A stretch of DNA of 55,761 nucleotides, from positions 1 through 55,761 of the forward strand of contig MHGN01000054.1 in the NCBI GenBank assembly GCA_001805575.1, in the 5' to 3' direction. Shown one piece after another: positions 16,543 through 25,342 of the stretch. Origin of the DNA: Omnitrophica WOR_2 bacterium RIFCSPHIGHO2_02_FULL_45_21 (lineage in GTDB: Bacteria; Omnitrophota; Gorgyraeia; Gygaellales; UBA12090). The notes beneath the pieces were generated by a model. The model searched no databases. It had not been told where the DNA came from and was given only the letters and a program-made list of their open reading frames with translations. Positions within the stretch are counted from its first letter, which is position 1. Every line of letters starts with the position of its first letter. Position numbers and translations under genes: made by a program.

Positions 16543-17991
16543 CTATACGATTTTTACCTCTTCAATATGAGCGTTGGGAGCTAAAGTAAATCCTATGCGC
16601 GCCCTGAAACGCCTCTCAATCACCTGCACAGATTTTTCATTCTCTTTTAGAAGCAGGTTAATCACATCCGGATGGGCGGTAACCTGGGCGTCGCGCTTGG
16701 CAGAATCTTCGGAGAATATTCTTTTGAGTTCCTTTAAAATCCAGATAGCCATAGTTGAGGCCGATTTTATCTTACCCCTGCCAAGACAATAAGGACAACT
16801 TGCATAGGAAAGGCTTTCTATCGCCCGATAGACTCTTTCTCTGGTCATTTCCACCAGTCCGAATTTAGAGATACCGATAATTTCATATTTGGCGCGGTCA
16901 TTTTTCAGGTCATCTTTTAATACCCGCAAAACCTCTCTCCGGTTTTCTTCCTTTTCCATATCAATGAAATCAATGACAATAATCCCGCCCAAATCCCGTA
17001 ACCGTAATTGGCGGGCCACTTCCCTGGCGGCCTCGGAATTAACGGCAAGCGCCATGCGCTCCGGGTCATATTTTTTTCGAAAACGCCCTGAATTTACATC
17101 AATAACCACCAACCCTTCTGTCGGCTCAATGATTAAATAGGCTCCTGATTTTAGGTAAACGTTACGTTCGTAAATCCGGGCAATTTGTTTTTCGATATTC
17201 TTGGCGGCAAAAAGGTTCTGCGTGCTCTCATATAACTCTATCTTTTTAATCAGATCGTCGGAGAATACGCGCAGGAATTTATAAATCCTTTTGTATTCCT
17301 CTTTAGCATCAACTATTAATTTTGAAATTTCTGCGCCAAAAGAATCACGGATAACCCGCAGCACCACATCGTAGTCCTCGTAAATTAACGCAGGCGCGGG
17401 GCTTCTTTGCGCGTGAGAGCTAATCCTGCGCCAGAGTTTAATCAAAAACAGGATATCGCGCTGAAGCTCGCGCTTGCCTTTGCCTTCGGCAACTGTGCGC
17501 ACAATATAACCAATATCAGTCGGCACATTTACTTCCTCAAGCAATCCTAAGAGCCTTGCCTTCTCTTCACGATTATCAATGCGCCGGGAAACCCCCCGGT
17601 GGGCATCTTCAGGCATAAGCACGAGGTATCTGCCGGCAAGCCCAATATGAGTGGTAAGGCGCGGCCCTTTAGTCCCGATGGGCTCTTTGACTACCTGGAC
17701 TAAAACCTCCTGTCCCTTTTTAAATTCTCTTTGCGACGTGGCAACCGGCGCAATAGGCTCAATAGGATCAACCGCGTCTGAGAGATAAAGAAAGCCCTTC
17801 ATCTTTAGGCCTATATCTACAAAGGCAGCTCCGATTGAGGCGACGATAGCATCTATTCTGCCCTTATAAATATTTCCCACGATTGTCTTTTCTGAGGGGC
17901 GTTCTATATAATACTCGTCAAGTAAACCATCTTTTACAATGGCTGCCCGTTTTTCCTGCATCTCAACATTAACTAAAATTTCGTTTGGCAT
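16543..17991 (-). CDS. rng: ribonuclease G/E family endoribonuclease
   Basis: An N-terminal S1 domain (GNIYKGRIDAIVASIGAAFVDIG) and the catalytic core (VIDVNSG, GGIIVIDFIDM). Confidence 0.85.
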   Translation of the reverse strand: MPNEILVNVEMQEKRAAIVKDGLLDEYYIERPSEKTIVGNIYKGRIDAIVASIGAAFVDIGLKMKGFLYLSDAVDPIEPIAPVATSQREFKKGQEVLVQVVKEPIGTKGPRLTTHIGLAGRYLVLMPEDAHRGVSRRIDNREEKARLLGLLEEVNVPTDIGYIVRTVAEGKGKRELQRDILFLIKLWRRISSHAQRSPAPALIYEDYDVVLRVIRDSFGAEISKLIVDAKEEYKRIYKFLRVFSDDLIKKIELYESTQNLFAAKNIEKQIARIYERNVYLKSGAYLIIEPTEGLVVIDVNSGRFRKKYDPERMALAVNSEAAREVARQLRLRDLGGIIVIDFIDMEKEENRREVLRVLKDDLKNDRAKYEIIGISKFGLVEMTRERVYRAIESLSYASCPYCLGRGKIKSASTMAIWILKELKRIFSEDSAKRDAQVTAHPDVINLLLKENEKSVQVIERRFRARIGFTLAPNAHIEEVKIV

Positions 17992-18278
17992 TGCTTGATT
18001 AAAATTCCCTCGGGGAGCTGCTCTTGCATTCTTTGCTTGAATTCTTCCGCCGGCATCTCTTTGCTTAAGATGAATTTTACTTCTTCGTTCTCGCTTTCTA
18101 TACCTAACTTTAAGGCGCGTTTAATACTGATCATGGGATGTTTGCTGAAGCCCTTGGAAACCTCAAATGGCACCCCGGCGCGGCGTAAGGCCCTGCCGAA
18201 AAGACGCAATAAGTCAAGATGCGATATATACCTGCTTTCGCCATTCTTTGTAAAGGTAATTGAAACCGCATACCCCAT
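17973..18278 (-). CDS. short DUF2344 (TIGR03936-like) radical-SAM-associated protein, about half the usual length
   Basis: SRYISHLDLLRLFGRALRRAGVPFEVSKGFSKHPMIS...LPEGILI matches the N-terminal half of the family. It overlaps the rng start by 19 nt. Confidence 0.55.
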   Translation of the reverse strand: MGYAVSITFTKNGESRYISHLDLLRLFGRALRRAGVPFEVSKGFSKHPMISIKRALKLGIESENEEVKFILSKEMPAEEFKQRMQEQLPEGILIKQCQTKF

Positions 18279-18285
18279 ATATAAT

Positions 18286-18334
18286 GGGGACAGACACTAT
18301 CTAAAAATATGTCAATAAAACAGTGTCTGTCCCC
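18286..18334 (-). promoter_or_regulatory. perfect 13-bp-stem hairpin with a 23-nt loop, 8 nt upstream of the DUF2344 ATG
   Basis: ggggacagacact (18286-18298) pairs with agtgtctgtcccc (18322-18334). Confidence 0.7.
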
Positions 18335-18344
18335 TTTAACCGCA

Positions 18345-18429
18345 CAAGAAAATTGCCTTCCCGCCTCTGGCGGGACCCGCCGTAGGCGTGATCGGCGATA
18401 ACTTTTGGCGATTTTCGCAGTGGTTTGGG
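18345..18429 (-). repeat. dispersed short repeat, copy 2 (orphan, with no downstream gene in frame)
   Basis: It shares caagaaaa...cggcgataacttttgg-cgattttcgcagtgg(t/a)tggg with copy 1 and carries its own GC-rich insertion (cgcctctggcgggacccgcc). Confidence 0.8.
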
Positions 18430-18459
18430 TTAGTGTTTTATACTTTCCTGTACCATGAA

Positions 18460-20046
18460 TTATTGCGAATTTTTCCTGCTTCTTTTTTTCTTTGGCTCCA
18501 GGGTATTTAACCTGTCTTCCAGGGTAGCGATATAGGATGCGTCAAGCTCTCCCTCTTTGATGATGCGGGCAGTGATGAAAATAAGCAGGTCTATCTTTTC
18601 AATATCATCTGTCTGACGCTGGAAGAGAAAGCCAATAATGGGTATTTTACCTAAGAAAGGTATTCCTGTCCTTCCTCTGGTCTTAACATTTTTCAGCAGG
18701 CCGCCGATAACGATGGTCTCGCCGTCTTTAACTAAGATCTGGGTCTCGGTTTCTCTGGTATTTATTATAGGAAATTTGGAAAGCGTAGCCCCGCTTTCGC
18801 TCTTTACATCTAAGGTCTCGGTAAAAGAGGTAACTGCCGGATGAATAATCATATTGATATATTCAACATCGCAAATCTGAGGCACTACATTAAGCTGTAT
18901 CCCGATATCCTGATATTTACTCAGGGTTGAGCCGGTAATCTTTCCGCTTTCCGTAGAGACGTCCGTTTTTATCAACGGATACTTCTGCCCGACCAATATC
19001 GCTGCCTCTTGATTGTTGAGGGTTAAAATCCTCGGCGCTGATAAGGTATTCGCGGTTATGTCTTCTTCCAGGGCGTGTAAAATTGCCTCAAATTGGGCTC
19101 CGGTTAATCTTCTGAAGGCTACCTTTAATCCGGCGTTTGCCGTGGTTAACCCCTGGGACTTAGGTCCGAAGGCAGAGGGAGTAATGATGTCACTTAAGGA
19201 ATGCCCGGCAACCTGAGAGGTATCTATCCCGGCCCTTTTCCCGGCAGGAGTGAAAGTAAGCGCTCCGCTTGTGCTAGAGGCTCCGCTTGAGCCGGTTCCC
19301 CAGTCTAAGCCGATATCTCTCAGGCGGTCAATATTCGCTTCCATAATCCGGGTCTCAATCAAAACCTGCAGCGGTTTAACATCAATATCAACTATCATTT
19401 TTCGGAGCTTATCTAACACCGGAGGGATATCGGTAATAATCAATGTTTTAGAGCGGGAAATCCTTCCCTCGGTTATCCGCTGTCTTTTGCCAACGTCATC
19501 TCCTGCGCCAAACTCCCATCCTGCCTGTCCTGTGGATTCCAAAATAGTAATTTTCCCCCGGCCGGATATCTGCGGCTCAATAGCCTTACGGGCATCAGCG
19601 GCATCTATGTACTTCAGAGAAAAAACCTCAGTGATCGTTGGCTGAACCTGAGTAAGCTCCACTTCTAACTTCTTTTGATTAGTGAGTTTTTCAATAGGGG
19701 CAACGGTAACGATATTTTCTCTCTGCTCATAGCCATAGCCGTAGATGCTTACTATAGTTCTTAAGGCATCTAACCATGGGACATCGCTTAGCCTGATAGT
19801 TACCGTACCTGCCACTTCGGGGCTGGCGACAATATTTACCCCTGACTTATAGGCGATCACCTTTAAGACATTGCGGATATCCGCATCTTTGAAATCCAGG
19901 GTTATCTTCTGGTCGGAAATACCGCTATCAGCGCCTGAGCTTTCTTCTGCCGCCGCAGGCGATACAGCGAGCTCTTCTGGCTGGGAATACCCATTGACGT
20001 AAAAACCAGAGAGAAGAAAAATCCCGACTAAGACTTTCAACCTCAT
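18460..20046 (-). CDS. pilQ: type IV pilus secretin
   Basis: A signal peptide, secretin N-domains (ITLDFKDADIRNVLKVIA) and the C-terminal secretin core (GIPFLGKIPIIGFLF..LLIFITARII), in pilMNOP synteny. Confidence 0.85.
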   Translation of the reverse strand: MRLKVLVGIFLLSGFYVNGYSQPEELAVSPAAAEESSGADSGISDQKITLDFKDADIRNVLKVIAYKSGVNIVASPEVAGTVTIRLSDVPWLDALRTIVSIYGYGYEQRENIVTVAPIEKLTNQKKLEVELTQVQPTITEVFSLKYIDAADARKAIEPQISGRGKITILESTGQAGWEFGAGDDVGKRQRITEGRISRSKTLIITDIPPVLDKLRKMIVDIDVKPLQVLIETRIMEANIDRLRDIGLDWGTGSSGASSTSGALTFTPAGKRAGIDTSQVAGHSLSDIITPSAFGPKSQGLTTANAGLKVAFRRLTGAQFEAILHALEEDITANTLSAPRILTLNNQEAAILVGQKYPLIKTDVSTESGKITGSTLSKYQDIGIQLNVVPQICDVEYINMIIHPAVTSFTETLDVKSESGATLSKFPIINTRETETQILVKDGETIVIGGLLKNVKTRGRTGIPFLGKIPIIGFLFQRQTDDIEKIDLLIFITARIIKEGELDASYIATLEDRLNTLEPKKKRSRKNSQ

Positions 20047-20049
20047 TTA

Positions 20050-20478
20050 TCAGTCCTCCCTTAATTTAATCTCAAACACCAGGCCTGCTTTTTGCACAAT
20101 CACTTTATTGGGGTCAATGCGTATTATTTGATAATCGCCAATCATATCCCCGGCGCGAAATACCTCCCCATCCATAACGCAATAGGATATGCCTTTGGCA
20201 TCATACATCAGCCCCTCTAATTGCGGAGGGCCTTCTGCCCTTTCTTTAGGCGCAGGTGGCTCTATAATTCTTCCGTCAGGGGTTACCAATGCAATGAAAG
20301 GGTCTCTTTTCCCTTTCGCCTCATAAACCCAACCCTTGTCCGCAAGGGCCGGGTTTATGGAGCCGCCGGCAGAAGCCGGCTGCTTTGGGCCGGCTTCTGC
20401 CTGGCTACGCGTATTTAGCGATAGGAACATTATAGCAAAAACTATGGGTAAATAAAAGTATTTATTGTTTGCTGGCAT
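20050..20478 (-). CDS. PilP-like pilus assembly protein
   Basis: Its position between pilO and pilQ, an N-terminal signal or anchor, and a small beta-rich C-terminal domain (RDPF motif). Confidence 0.45.
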   Translation of the reverse strand: MPANNKYFYLPIVFAIMFLSLNTRSQAEAGPKQPASAGGSINPALADKGWVYEAKGKRDPFIALVTPDGRIIEPPAPKERAEGPPQLEGLMYDAKGISYCVMDGEVFRAGDMIGDYQIIRIDPNKVIVQKAGLVFEIKLRED

Positions 20479-21034
20479 ATATTTTAAGGGTTAGCTCAAC
20501 TTTATGCTTAGTGAATCCTTCGCTATCCGGATTAATCTTCAGCTGGCTAACTGAAATCAGGGGGTTATTTTCCAGTGCGGATAGAAACATGCCTAACTGA
20601 TGGTAACCGGAAGTTAACTCTAATTTAAGCGCAATCGGTAGGAGGCGCAAACCAGCGCTGTTCAGCGCCTCCTTTTCCCGCTCAGCCGATAGCATCTCCG
20701 GACGCATCTGCATAACCTTAAGGCCGCAGGCAGAGGCTTTTTTTGAGATGCCATCTAAAAGCGTGGTTATCTCCGATTCAGAGAAAATTTTGTTTTCTGA
20801 GTCCGCGTATTTGGCCTTCAGATTATCTAAATTAATTTGCAGGGCGCGGATTTCGCTGGCGCCTTTTTTGTATTGCTTTAGGCTCATCCTGACTTGGCCC
20901 AACTCAGAAGAAAGCTTGTGCAGATTGCGGGTTTGCGGTTTAAGAATATAGGTAAAGTCAATATATAAAGCCGTAACTGTTCCCAGCGCAATCAAAATAA
21001 TTTTCTTTTGCTTTTCGCTAATCGTTTTTGCCAT
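20462..21034 (-). CDS. pilO: type IV pilus assembly protein PilO
   Basis: A single N-terminal TM helix, a coiled coil and a ferredoxin-like C-terminus, in the expected operon position. Confidence 0.65.
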   Translation of the reverse strand: MAKTISEKQKKIILIALGTVTALYIDFTYILKPQTRNLHKLSSELGQVRMSLKQYKKGASEIRALQINLDNLKAKYADSENKIFSESEITTLLDGISKKASACGLKVMQMRPEMLSAEREKEALNSAGLRLLPIALKLELTSGYHQLGMFLSALENNPLISVSQLKINPDSEGFTKHKVELTLKIYASKQ

Positions 21035-21659
21035 CGGTAGATTTGGAAGGCGCGGGATTTATTTTTTTTCCTCCGCCAGAAGTTTTGCCTTTAGTTTTTG
21101 AACCGAGGATAAAGTCGGCCAGCTCAGTGGTGCCCAATTTCCTCCTCTCTACCGATACCAGCTCTAAACTTGCAAAATCCTTGTCAAGGCGCGCATCGGA
21201 CTTTAAGGCCTGTAAAAACTTTCCAATCTGGGCCATCTCGCCCTCCGTGCCGAAGATACAGCTGCCTTTTATTTCCCAGGCACTCTTTGATACGGAGAGT
21301 CCGGATAGCCAAATGCCCTGCGGCAGATAATCGCTGATAATGTTTAATTGCGGGGCAATCCCTGAACGCTGGCCTCTCATCCGCTTAAATAGCTCATCCA
21401 GGTTCCCGAAGCCCTTAAGCTGGTTTCTAATTTCATCCAGTTTTTCTTTTTGGGGCTGAATATCCAGAAAAGCTTTCTTGGCCCGCCCCAAGCTGAGCTT
21501 TTGACTAAATGTAACTACGGGAATAAGCAGGTGAATGAAAACGAATCCGGCAATGGCCGGGCCTAAAATTTTTCTTAAGCTATCAACCGACAGCTTAGGC
21601 CGAAATGCCCGGCGCTTTTTGCGTAATTCTTCGGGTAAAAGATTTATCTCTAAAATCAT
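21018..21659 (-). CDS. pilN: type IV pilus assembly protein PilN
   Basis: An INLLPEE N-terminus followed by a TM helix, in the expected operon position. Confidence 0.7.
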   Translation of the reverse strand: MILEINLLPEELRKKRRAFRPKLSVDSLRKILGPAIAGFVFIHLLIPVVTFSQKLSLGRAKKAFLDIQPQKEKLDEIRNQLKGFGNLDELFKRMRGQRSGIAPQLNIISDYLPQGIWLSGLSVSKSAWEIKGSCIFGTEGEMAQIGKFLQALKSDARLDKDFASLELVSVERRKLGTTELADFILGSKTKGKTSGGGKKINPAPSKSTDGKND

Positions 21660-22609
21660 CTTAATACCAGTCCCAGGGCAATGACAAATGTATTCCTTTT
21701 AGCCTTTAGCTCTTCTGTATTTATACCGGGGCCGTATTTTAGGGGAGAGAAAAAATCGTAACGCGCGACTGAAATTCCCAGCTGGTGGTTTAGAAATTTT
21801 ACTATCTCTAAAGCCTCAGCCGCTCCCCCGCTCAAATACATTTTTTCCAGCCGTTTACCGCTTTGATTCTCAAAATAATCAATGGAAGAGCTGATTTCAC
21901 CGGATAAATTTATCAGGGAAGGCTCACTGCCGCCAAAGGCGATATCGCGGCTGAATCTTAAAGTGCCGCCATCAAGAATTACCATATTAGTAAAATTGGC
22001 TCCGATATTAAGCAACCCGATGACTTCGCTTTTGGCTGTTTTCGCTTCAGACGCCCATTGGTAACTATGGTTAAAGACATTAGACAGGCAGAAACAGTCA
22101 ATATCAATCACCTTGGCGGTAAGCCCTGCCTTTTCCAGCAAGCTTATCCGCTCCTGGATAACTGTTTTTTTCACCGCGGCCAACACCACTAACATCTTAT
22201 TGTCTTCAGCATTATCTCTAACGATCGCGCAATCAAAAACCACCTCATCCAATGGCAATGGGATATACTGGCCGGCTTCAAACTGCATAGTACTCTTCAA
22301 CTCATGCAGGTTCATGCGAGGCAGATTAAGGTAGCGCATAATTACGGATTGCCCTGATATTGAGGTATTCACGGAGCGGCCGGAAATCTTCTGCGCTGCA
22401 GCAAATTCCTTTAAGGCGCCAGGTAAGTCAACGCCCGGAGTAAGCGCGGAAAAGGATAACTGCTTGAGCAGACGCTCCTTGCCTTTTACTTCCAGCTCAA
22501 GCAGTTTGATGCTTGAGGAGCCGATATCTAAGGCGATATTTGAGCGTTGTTGAGGAATAAAAATGGAAGATATTGCAAAAATTTTCCTGAAATTGTTATT
22601 TATGAACAT
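21656..22609 (-). CDS. pilM: type IV pilus assembly ATPase-fold protein PilM
   Basis: Actin-like fold with ALDIGSSSIKLLE, in the expected operon position. Confidence 0.8.
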   Translation of the reverse strand: MFINNNFRKIFAISSIFIPQQRSNIALDIGSSSIKLLELEVKGKERLLKQLSFSALTPGVDLPGALKEFAAAQKISGRSVNTSISGQSVIMRYLNLPRMNLHELKSTMQFEAGQYIPLPLDEVVFDCAIVRDNAEDNKMLVVLAAVKKTVIQERISLLEKAGLTAKVIDIDCFCLSNVFNHSYQWASEAKTAKSEVIGLLNIGANFTNMVILDGGTLRFSRDIAFGGSEPSLINLSGEISSSIDYFENQSGKRLEKMYLSGGAAEALEIVKFLNHQLGISVARYDFFSPLKYGPGINTEELKAKRNTFVIALGLVLR

Positions 22610-22641
22610 CTATCCGCTTATAAGCCGTCAGGGCTGCCGCC

Positions 22642-23685
22642 TCAAGGCGTGAGTTGATAAGAATTTTGAGTATCTTTCCAGGAACTAATCTGCACATCAG
22701 CGGTAAGATTAAGGCTCCCTAACGCGCTCATATACGTATTATTATAAGCGACGTGGGCATTGCCGTTTAAACGAGCCTCTTCTCCGGCCCAAACTCCGCC
22801 ATTGATATTAAGATTTCCTCCGCCGCCGTTTATCCTGAACTCGCCCCGGGTGTAGATTGCTCCGTCAATCTGACCTCGGCCATTGACATCAGCATCATAG
22901 GTTGCCCCGAGATTATTAATCACATCTCCGGCCACCACGAAAAATCCTCCGATGGTGCCGATATTGCCATTAAGCTGTAAATCTCCTTCAATATAAACAA
23001 TATTCGGCGTGCCGGTGGCGGGGTCATCGGGGTCAGTGGGCGGCGAATACCAAAAAGAGCCGGGGAAGCCCTGCTCTCCTGTTGCTTCATTTACTAAGTT
23101 ATTTCCGCTGATAACATAGACATTCTGCTGGCCGCTGCTTAAGGCGCGTAGCTGCTGAAAATCAAATCTGGCTAAAGGATTAATTGAGTTATCCTGGGTA
23201 ATCGTGCCGTTTACATTGCCGGTATTGTCAATCTCATCCGCGTAACGGATGTCTCCGGTTATGCTATAACTATTTCCATTAAGGTCAACCTCGCCTGCAG
23301 AATATATAGCGTTATCATAGAAGTTTGGCGGAATGCTTTTTGACATCGTGGCTTCGATGCTGCGCGAGGCCCGCTGCGCTCCGCTAAAAGGAAAATAGCC
23401 GGTAGAATTGACAATACGGTCTCCTCCGCTGGAAGAGATAGTTGCCTCGTATCCGCCTGAACCCAACTGCGTGGCGCTAATTGAGCTTGAATTGTAGTCA
23501 TTGCGCAGCTCATAGAGCGCCCGGTTTATCCCGGCTTCGGATAACCAGAAGGCCTGGGCGGTTTCCGAATATCTCCTGGCAATGTTATTTTCCGAAATAC
23601 TGCGCGAAATTATTGCCGAGCCTAAAATTGTCAGCAGAAGAATTACGGCAAAGGTGATAATTAAGGCCATGCCTTTTTTATTCAT
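22642..23685 (-). CDS. PilX-like minor pilin / pilus tip-associated protein
   Basis: The hydrophobic N-terminal helix MALIITFAVILLLTILGSAII and the ARRYSETAQAFWLSEAGI PilX_N-like motif, followed by a Gly/Asn-rich beta-helix-like C-terminus. Confidence 0.55.
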   Translation of the reverse strand: MNKKGMALIITFAVILLLTILGSAIISRSISENNIARRYSETAQAFWLSEAGINRALYELRNDYNSSSISATQLGSGGYEATISSSGGDRIVNSTGYFPFSGAQRASRSIEATMSKSIPPNFYDNAIYSAGEVDLNGNSYSITGDIRYADEIDNTGNVNGTITQDNSINPLARFDFQQLRALSSGQQNVYVISGNNLVNEATGEQGFPGSFWYSPPTDPDDPATGTPNIVYIEGDLQLNGNIGTIGGFFVVAGDVINNLGATYDADVNGRGQIDGAIYTRGEFRINGGGGNLNINGGVWAGEEARLNGNAHVAYNNTYMSALGSLNLTADVQISSWKDTQNSYQLTP

Positions 23686-24211
23686 TTCTCAACCTCGCTT
23701 GCTCGGTTAAGGCGCCGGCTGCGGGAAAGAGCAATTCCCGCTGTTTTACGGTTTTAGCGGCCCTTAACTGAACCTGGGCCAGATATGATTGAGAGCAGAG
23801 CCCGGAGCAATCCCTCTCGGTGGTGCAGGAACCGTCACCATGCACCCAGCAAAAAGTTAAACTGCTTATATCATTGGCTAAAACCTTATTTGTACCGTCG
23901 GGATGCTCGCGGATGATCTGGTTATTGCTTAAGGAATAGGTAATAGCATCGCTGTAATCAGGAATATAGAATTGGATAGTTGTGCCGTCTGCGGCCATGC
24001 TTACCTCTCTTGAGCGGTCGGCCCGGCGTATTTCCCGGCTCATCCCGTCCATTGCCTGGCGGGCGGCCTGCTGGAGGTCTAAAAGCCCCATATCCGAATG
24101 CCAGGCCATATCGGCAAACTGCAGAACCCCAAGAATGCCTAAAACAACTAAGCTCAGAATAGCCGCGCTGATTAAAATCTCAATAAGGGTAAACCCCTGT
24201 CCTCTTTTCAT
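23678..24211 (-). CDS. minor pilin with a prepilin-type N-terminal methylation domain (PilW-like)
   Basis: The GQGFTLIEILISAAIL class III signal. Confidence 0.65.
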   Translation of the reverse strand: MKRGQGFTLIEILISAAILSLVVLGILGVLQFADMAWHSDMGLLDLQQAARQAMDGMSREIRRADRSREVSMAADGTTIQFYIPDYSDAITYSLSNNQIIREHPDGTNKVLANDISSLTFCWVHGDGSCTTERDCSGLCSQSYLAQVQLRAAKTVKQRELLFPAAGALTEQARLRNE

Positions 24212-24633
24212 GGCTCGGTAATCAGTGTGCGCAAAACCAAGCTGCGCTGCCTAATCCCGAAATCCCTCCAGGAAACGGTTAGGCTGATATCCAAACGGTC
24301 CTCGCCGACGTCAACCCAGTCAGCGCTGGTCTCGATGGCCTCGCTGTTTAAAGCGGCAAGGCCGTTAGAATTTATGGCCGCGCTATCCCAATCCCAGTAG
24401 GTATCTGCGTCAATTACGCCGGTTTTAAAATTGGCAAAATTCGTATTCTTTATTTCCTCTAATATATATTGTCCTTGCACAGTGGCAATCGAGAGATTCC
24501 GGTTTGCTTCGTTTAAGAAAATACAGGTAATAAATAAATGTAAGAGCCCCGCCAGCACAAAAGCCATAATTCCTGATGCCACAAGTAATTCAGATAAAGT
24601 AAAGCCCTGTTTTGATAGAAAGCCCTGCTGCAT
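24208..24633 (-). CDS. minor pilin with a prepilin-type N-terminal methylation domain (PilV-like)
   Basis: The KQGFTLSELLVASGIMAFVL class III signal. Confidence 0.65.
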   Translation of the reverse strand: MQQGFLSKQGFTLSELLVASGIMAFVLAGLLHLFITCIFLNEANRNLSIATVQGQYILEEIKNTNFANFKTGVIDADTYWDWDSAAINSNGLAALNSEAIETSADWVDVGEDRLDISLTVSWRDFGIRQRSLVLRTLITEP

Positions 24634-24653
24634 ATTTTCTTTCCCAACCCATT

Positions 24654-24684
24654 AAAAACCCCCGCACCTTTAAAGATGCGGGGG
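24654..24684 (-). terminator. rho-independent terminator after the major pilin gene
   Basis: On the minus strand CCCCCGCA-10 nt-TGCGGGGG is followed by TTTTTAAT. Confidence 0.8.
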
Positions 24685-24715
24685 TATAACAACAATCATA
24701 TTCTTGCTATTACTG

Positions 24716-25123
24716 CTAACAAGCAGCCTGGCTCATTACTGCTCCGGTAACTACCGTGAAATCCCTGGTACCGGTTGTGCCGCAATCTGCCGGAACAGCT
24801 GTACAGGAATAAGCTGTCGCCGACAAGGTACCGCACTCAAAGTCATAACCGGCCGGGTCTGTAGTAGTATAATCCTCATTTAGATATGCTGGGGTGGCGC
24901 CGGTTAAGTCGGTCATAGCCGTGGGGTAATTTCCGTTATTGGCTGAAGCAAAAGATTCACAGCCAGTGGCGATTGTTTTTAAAGTCGCCTGCGCATTCGC
25001 CTCGTTAGCATTTACTCTTGCGCGTAGAAGGTTAGGTATAGCTATAGCAGCCAGTAATGCAATAATTGCAACCACGATCATAATTTCCACTAAGGTGAAA
25101 CCTTTTTTGTTTTTAATACGCAT
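24716..25123 (-). CDS. pilA: major type IV pilin
   Basis: MRIKNKKGFTLVEIMIVVAIIALLAAIAIPNL class III signal, with AAAGGAGG seven nt upstream. The upstream extension to 25186 in the track covers promoter-like sequence. Confidence 0.85.
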   Translation of the reverse strand: MRIKNKKGFTLVEIMIVVAIIALLAAIAIPNLLRARVNANEANAQATLKTIATGCESFASANNGNYPTAMTDLTGATPAYLNEDYTTTDPAGYDFECGTLSATAYSCTAVPADCGTTGTRDFTVVTGAVMSQAAC

Positions 25124-25157
25124 TTTTTCCTCCTTTATGCTTTTTAGGCATATGTAT

Positions 25158-25186
25158 ATAGTAACGGTTAACTTTTGCTTTGTCAA
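25158..25186 (-). promoter_or_regulatory. sigma70-like hexamers TTGACA-17-TACTAT between the leader terminator and pilA
   Basis: Hexamers read on the minus strand. They may be a second promoter or a chance match. Confidence 0.3.
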
Positions 25187-25187
25187 G

Positions 25188-25216
25188 AAAAAAAACCTAA
25201 GGCGCAGACCTTAGGT
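25188..25216 (-). terminator. intrinsic terminator and likely expression platform of the pilA leader
   Basis: On the minus strand ACCTAAGG-TCTGCG-CCTTAGGT is followed by T8. Confidence 0.8.
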
Positions 25217-25245
25217 TGGAAATGAGGATTACTCCTCTACCCTTT

Positions 25246-25322
25246 GGCAGCCTGGCGGTCCTCTTCTAGAGGATCCATAGCTTTGCGCCCCCTGATTACT
25301 CAAGGTTTACCTTTATCAGTGG
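25246..25322 (-). ncRNA. candidate c-di-GMP-I (GEMM-I) riboswitch aptamer
   Basis: The minus-strand RNA reads AAAGGUAAA-CCUUGA-GUAA-UCAGGG-GGCGCAAAGC-UAUGG...CCGCCAGG-CUGCC. This parallels the V. cholerae Vc2 layout as I recall it: GGCAAA-CCAUUC-GAAA-GAGUGG-GACGCAAAGC. It has a 6-bp stem capped by a GNRA loop, the CGCAAAGC core, a UAUGG receptor-like strand, and GGUA/UGCC closing pairs. Confidence 0.55.
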
Positions 25323-25342
25323 TTCTTTCTACTCTTAGAGAA

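Noticed and set aside
23259-23513. 84-aa ORF nested in the pilX-like gene
   Set aside because: It lies on the same strand in an alternative frame inside a well-supported CDS, with no start signals.
25124-25186. 21-codon N-terminal extension of pilA
   Set aside because: The extension covers promoter-like hexamers and the SD. The class III signal peptide begins at the ATG at 25123.
25188-25336. SRP RNA, 6S RNA or tRNA interpretation of the structured rsmA-pilA spacer
   Set aside because: There is no GGAA-capped helix-8 or AGCA SRP motif, no tRNA T-loop (GGTTCGAAT-like), and it is too short and lacks the central-bubble layout of 6S RNA. The GEMM-I-like element order fits better.
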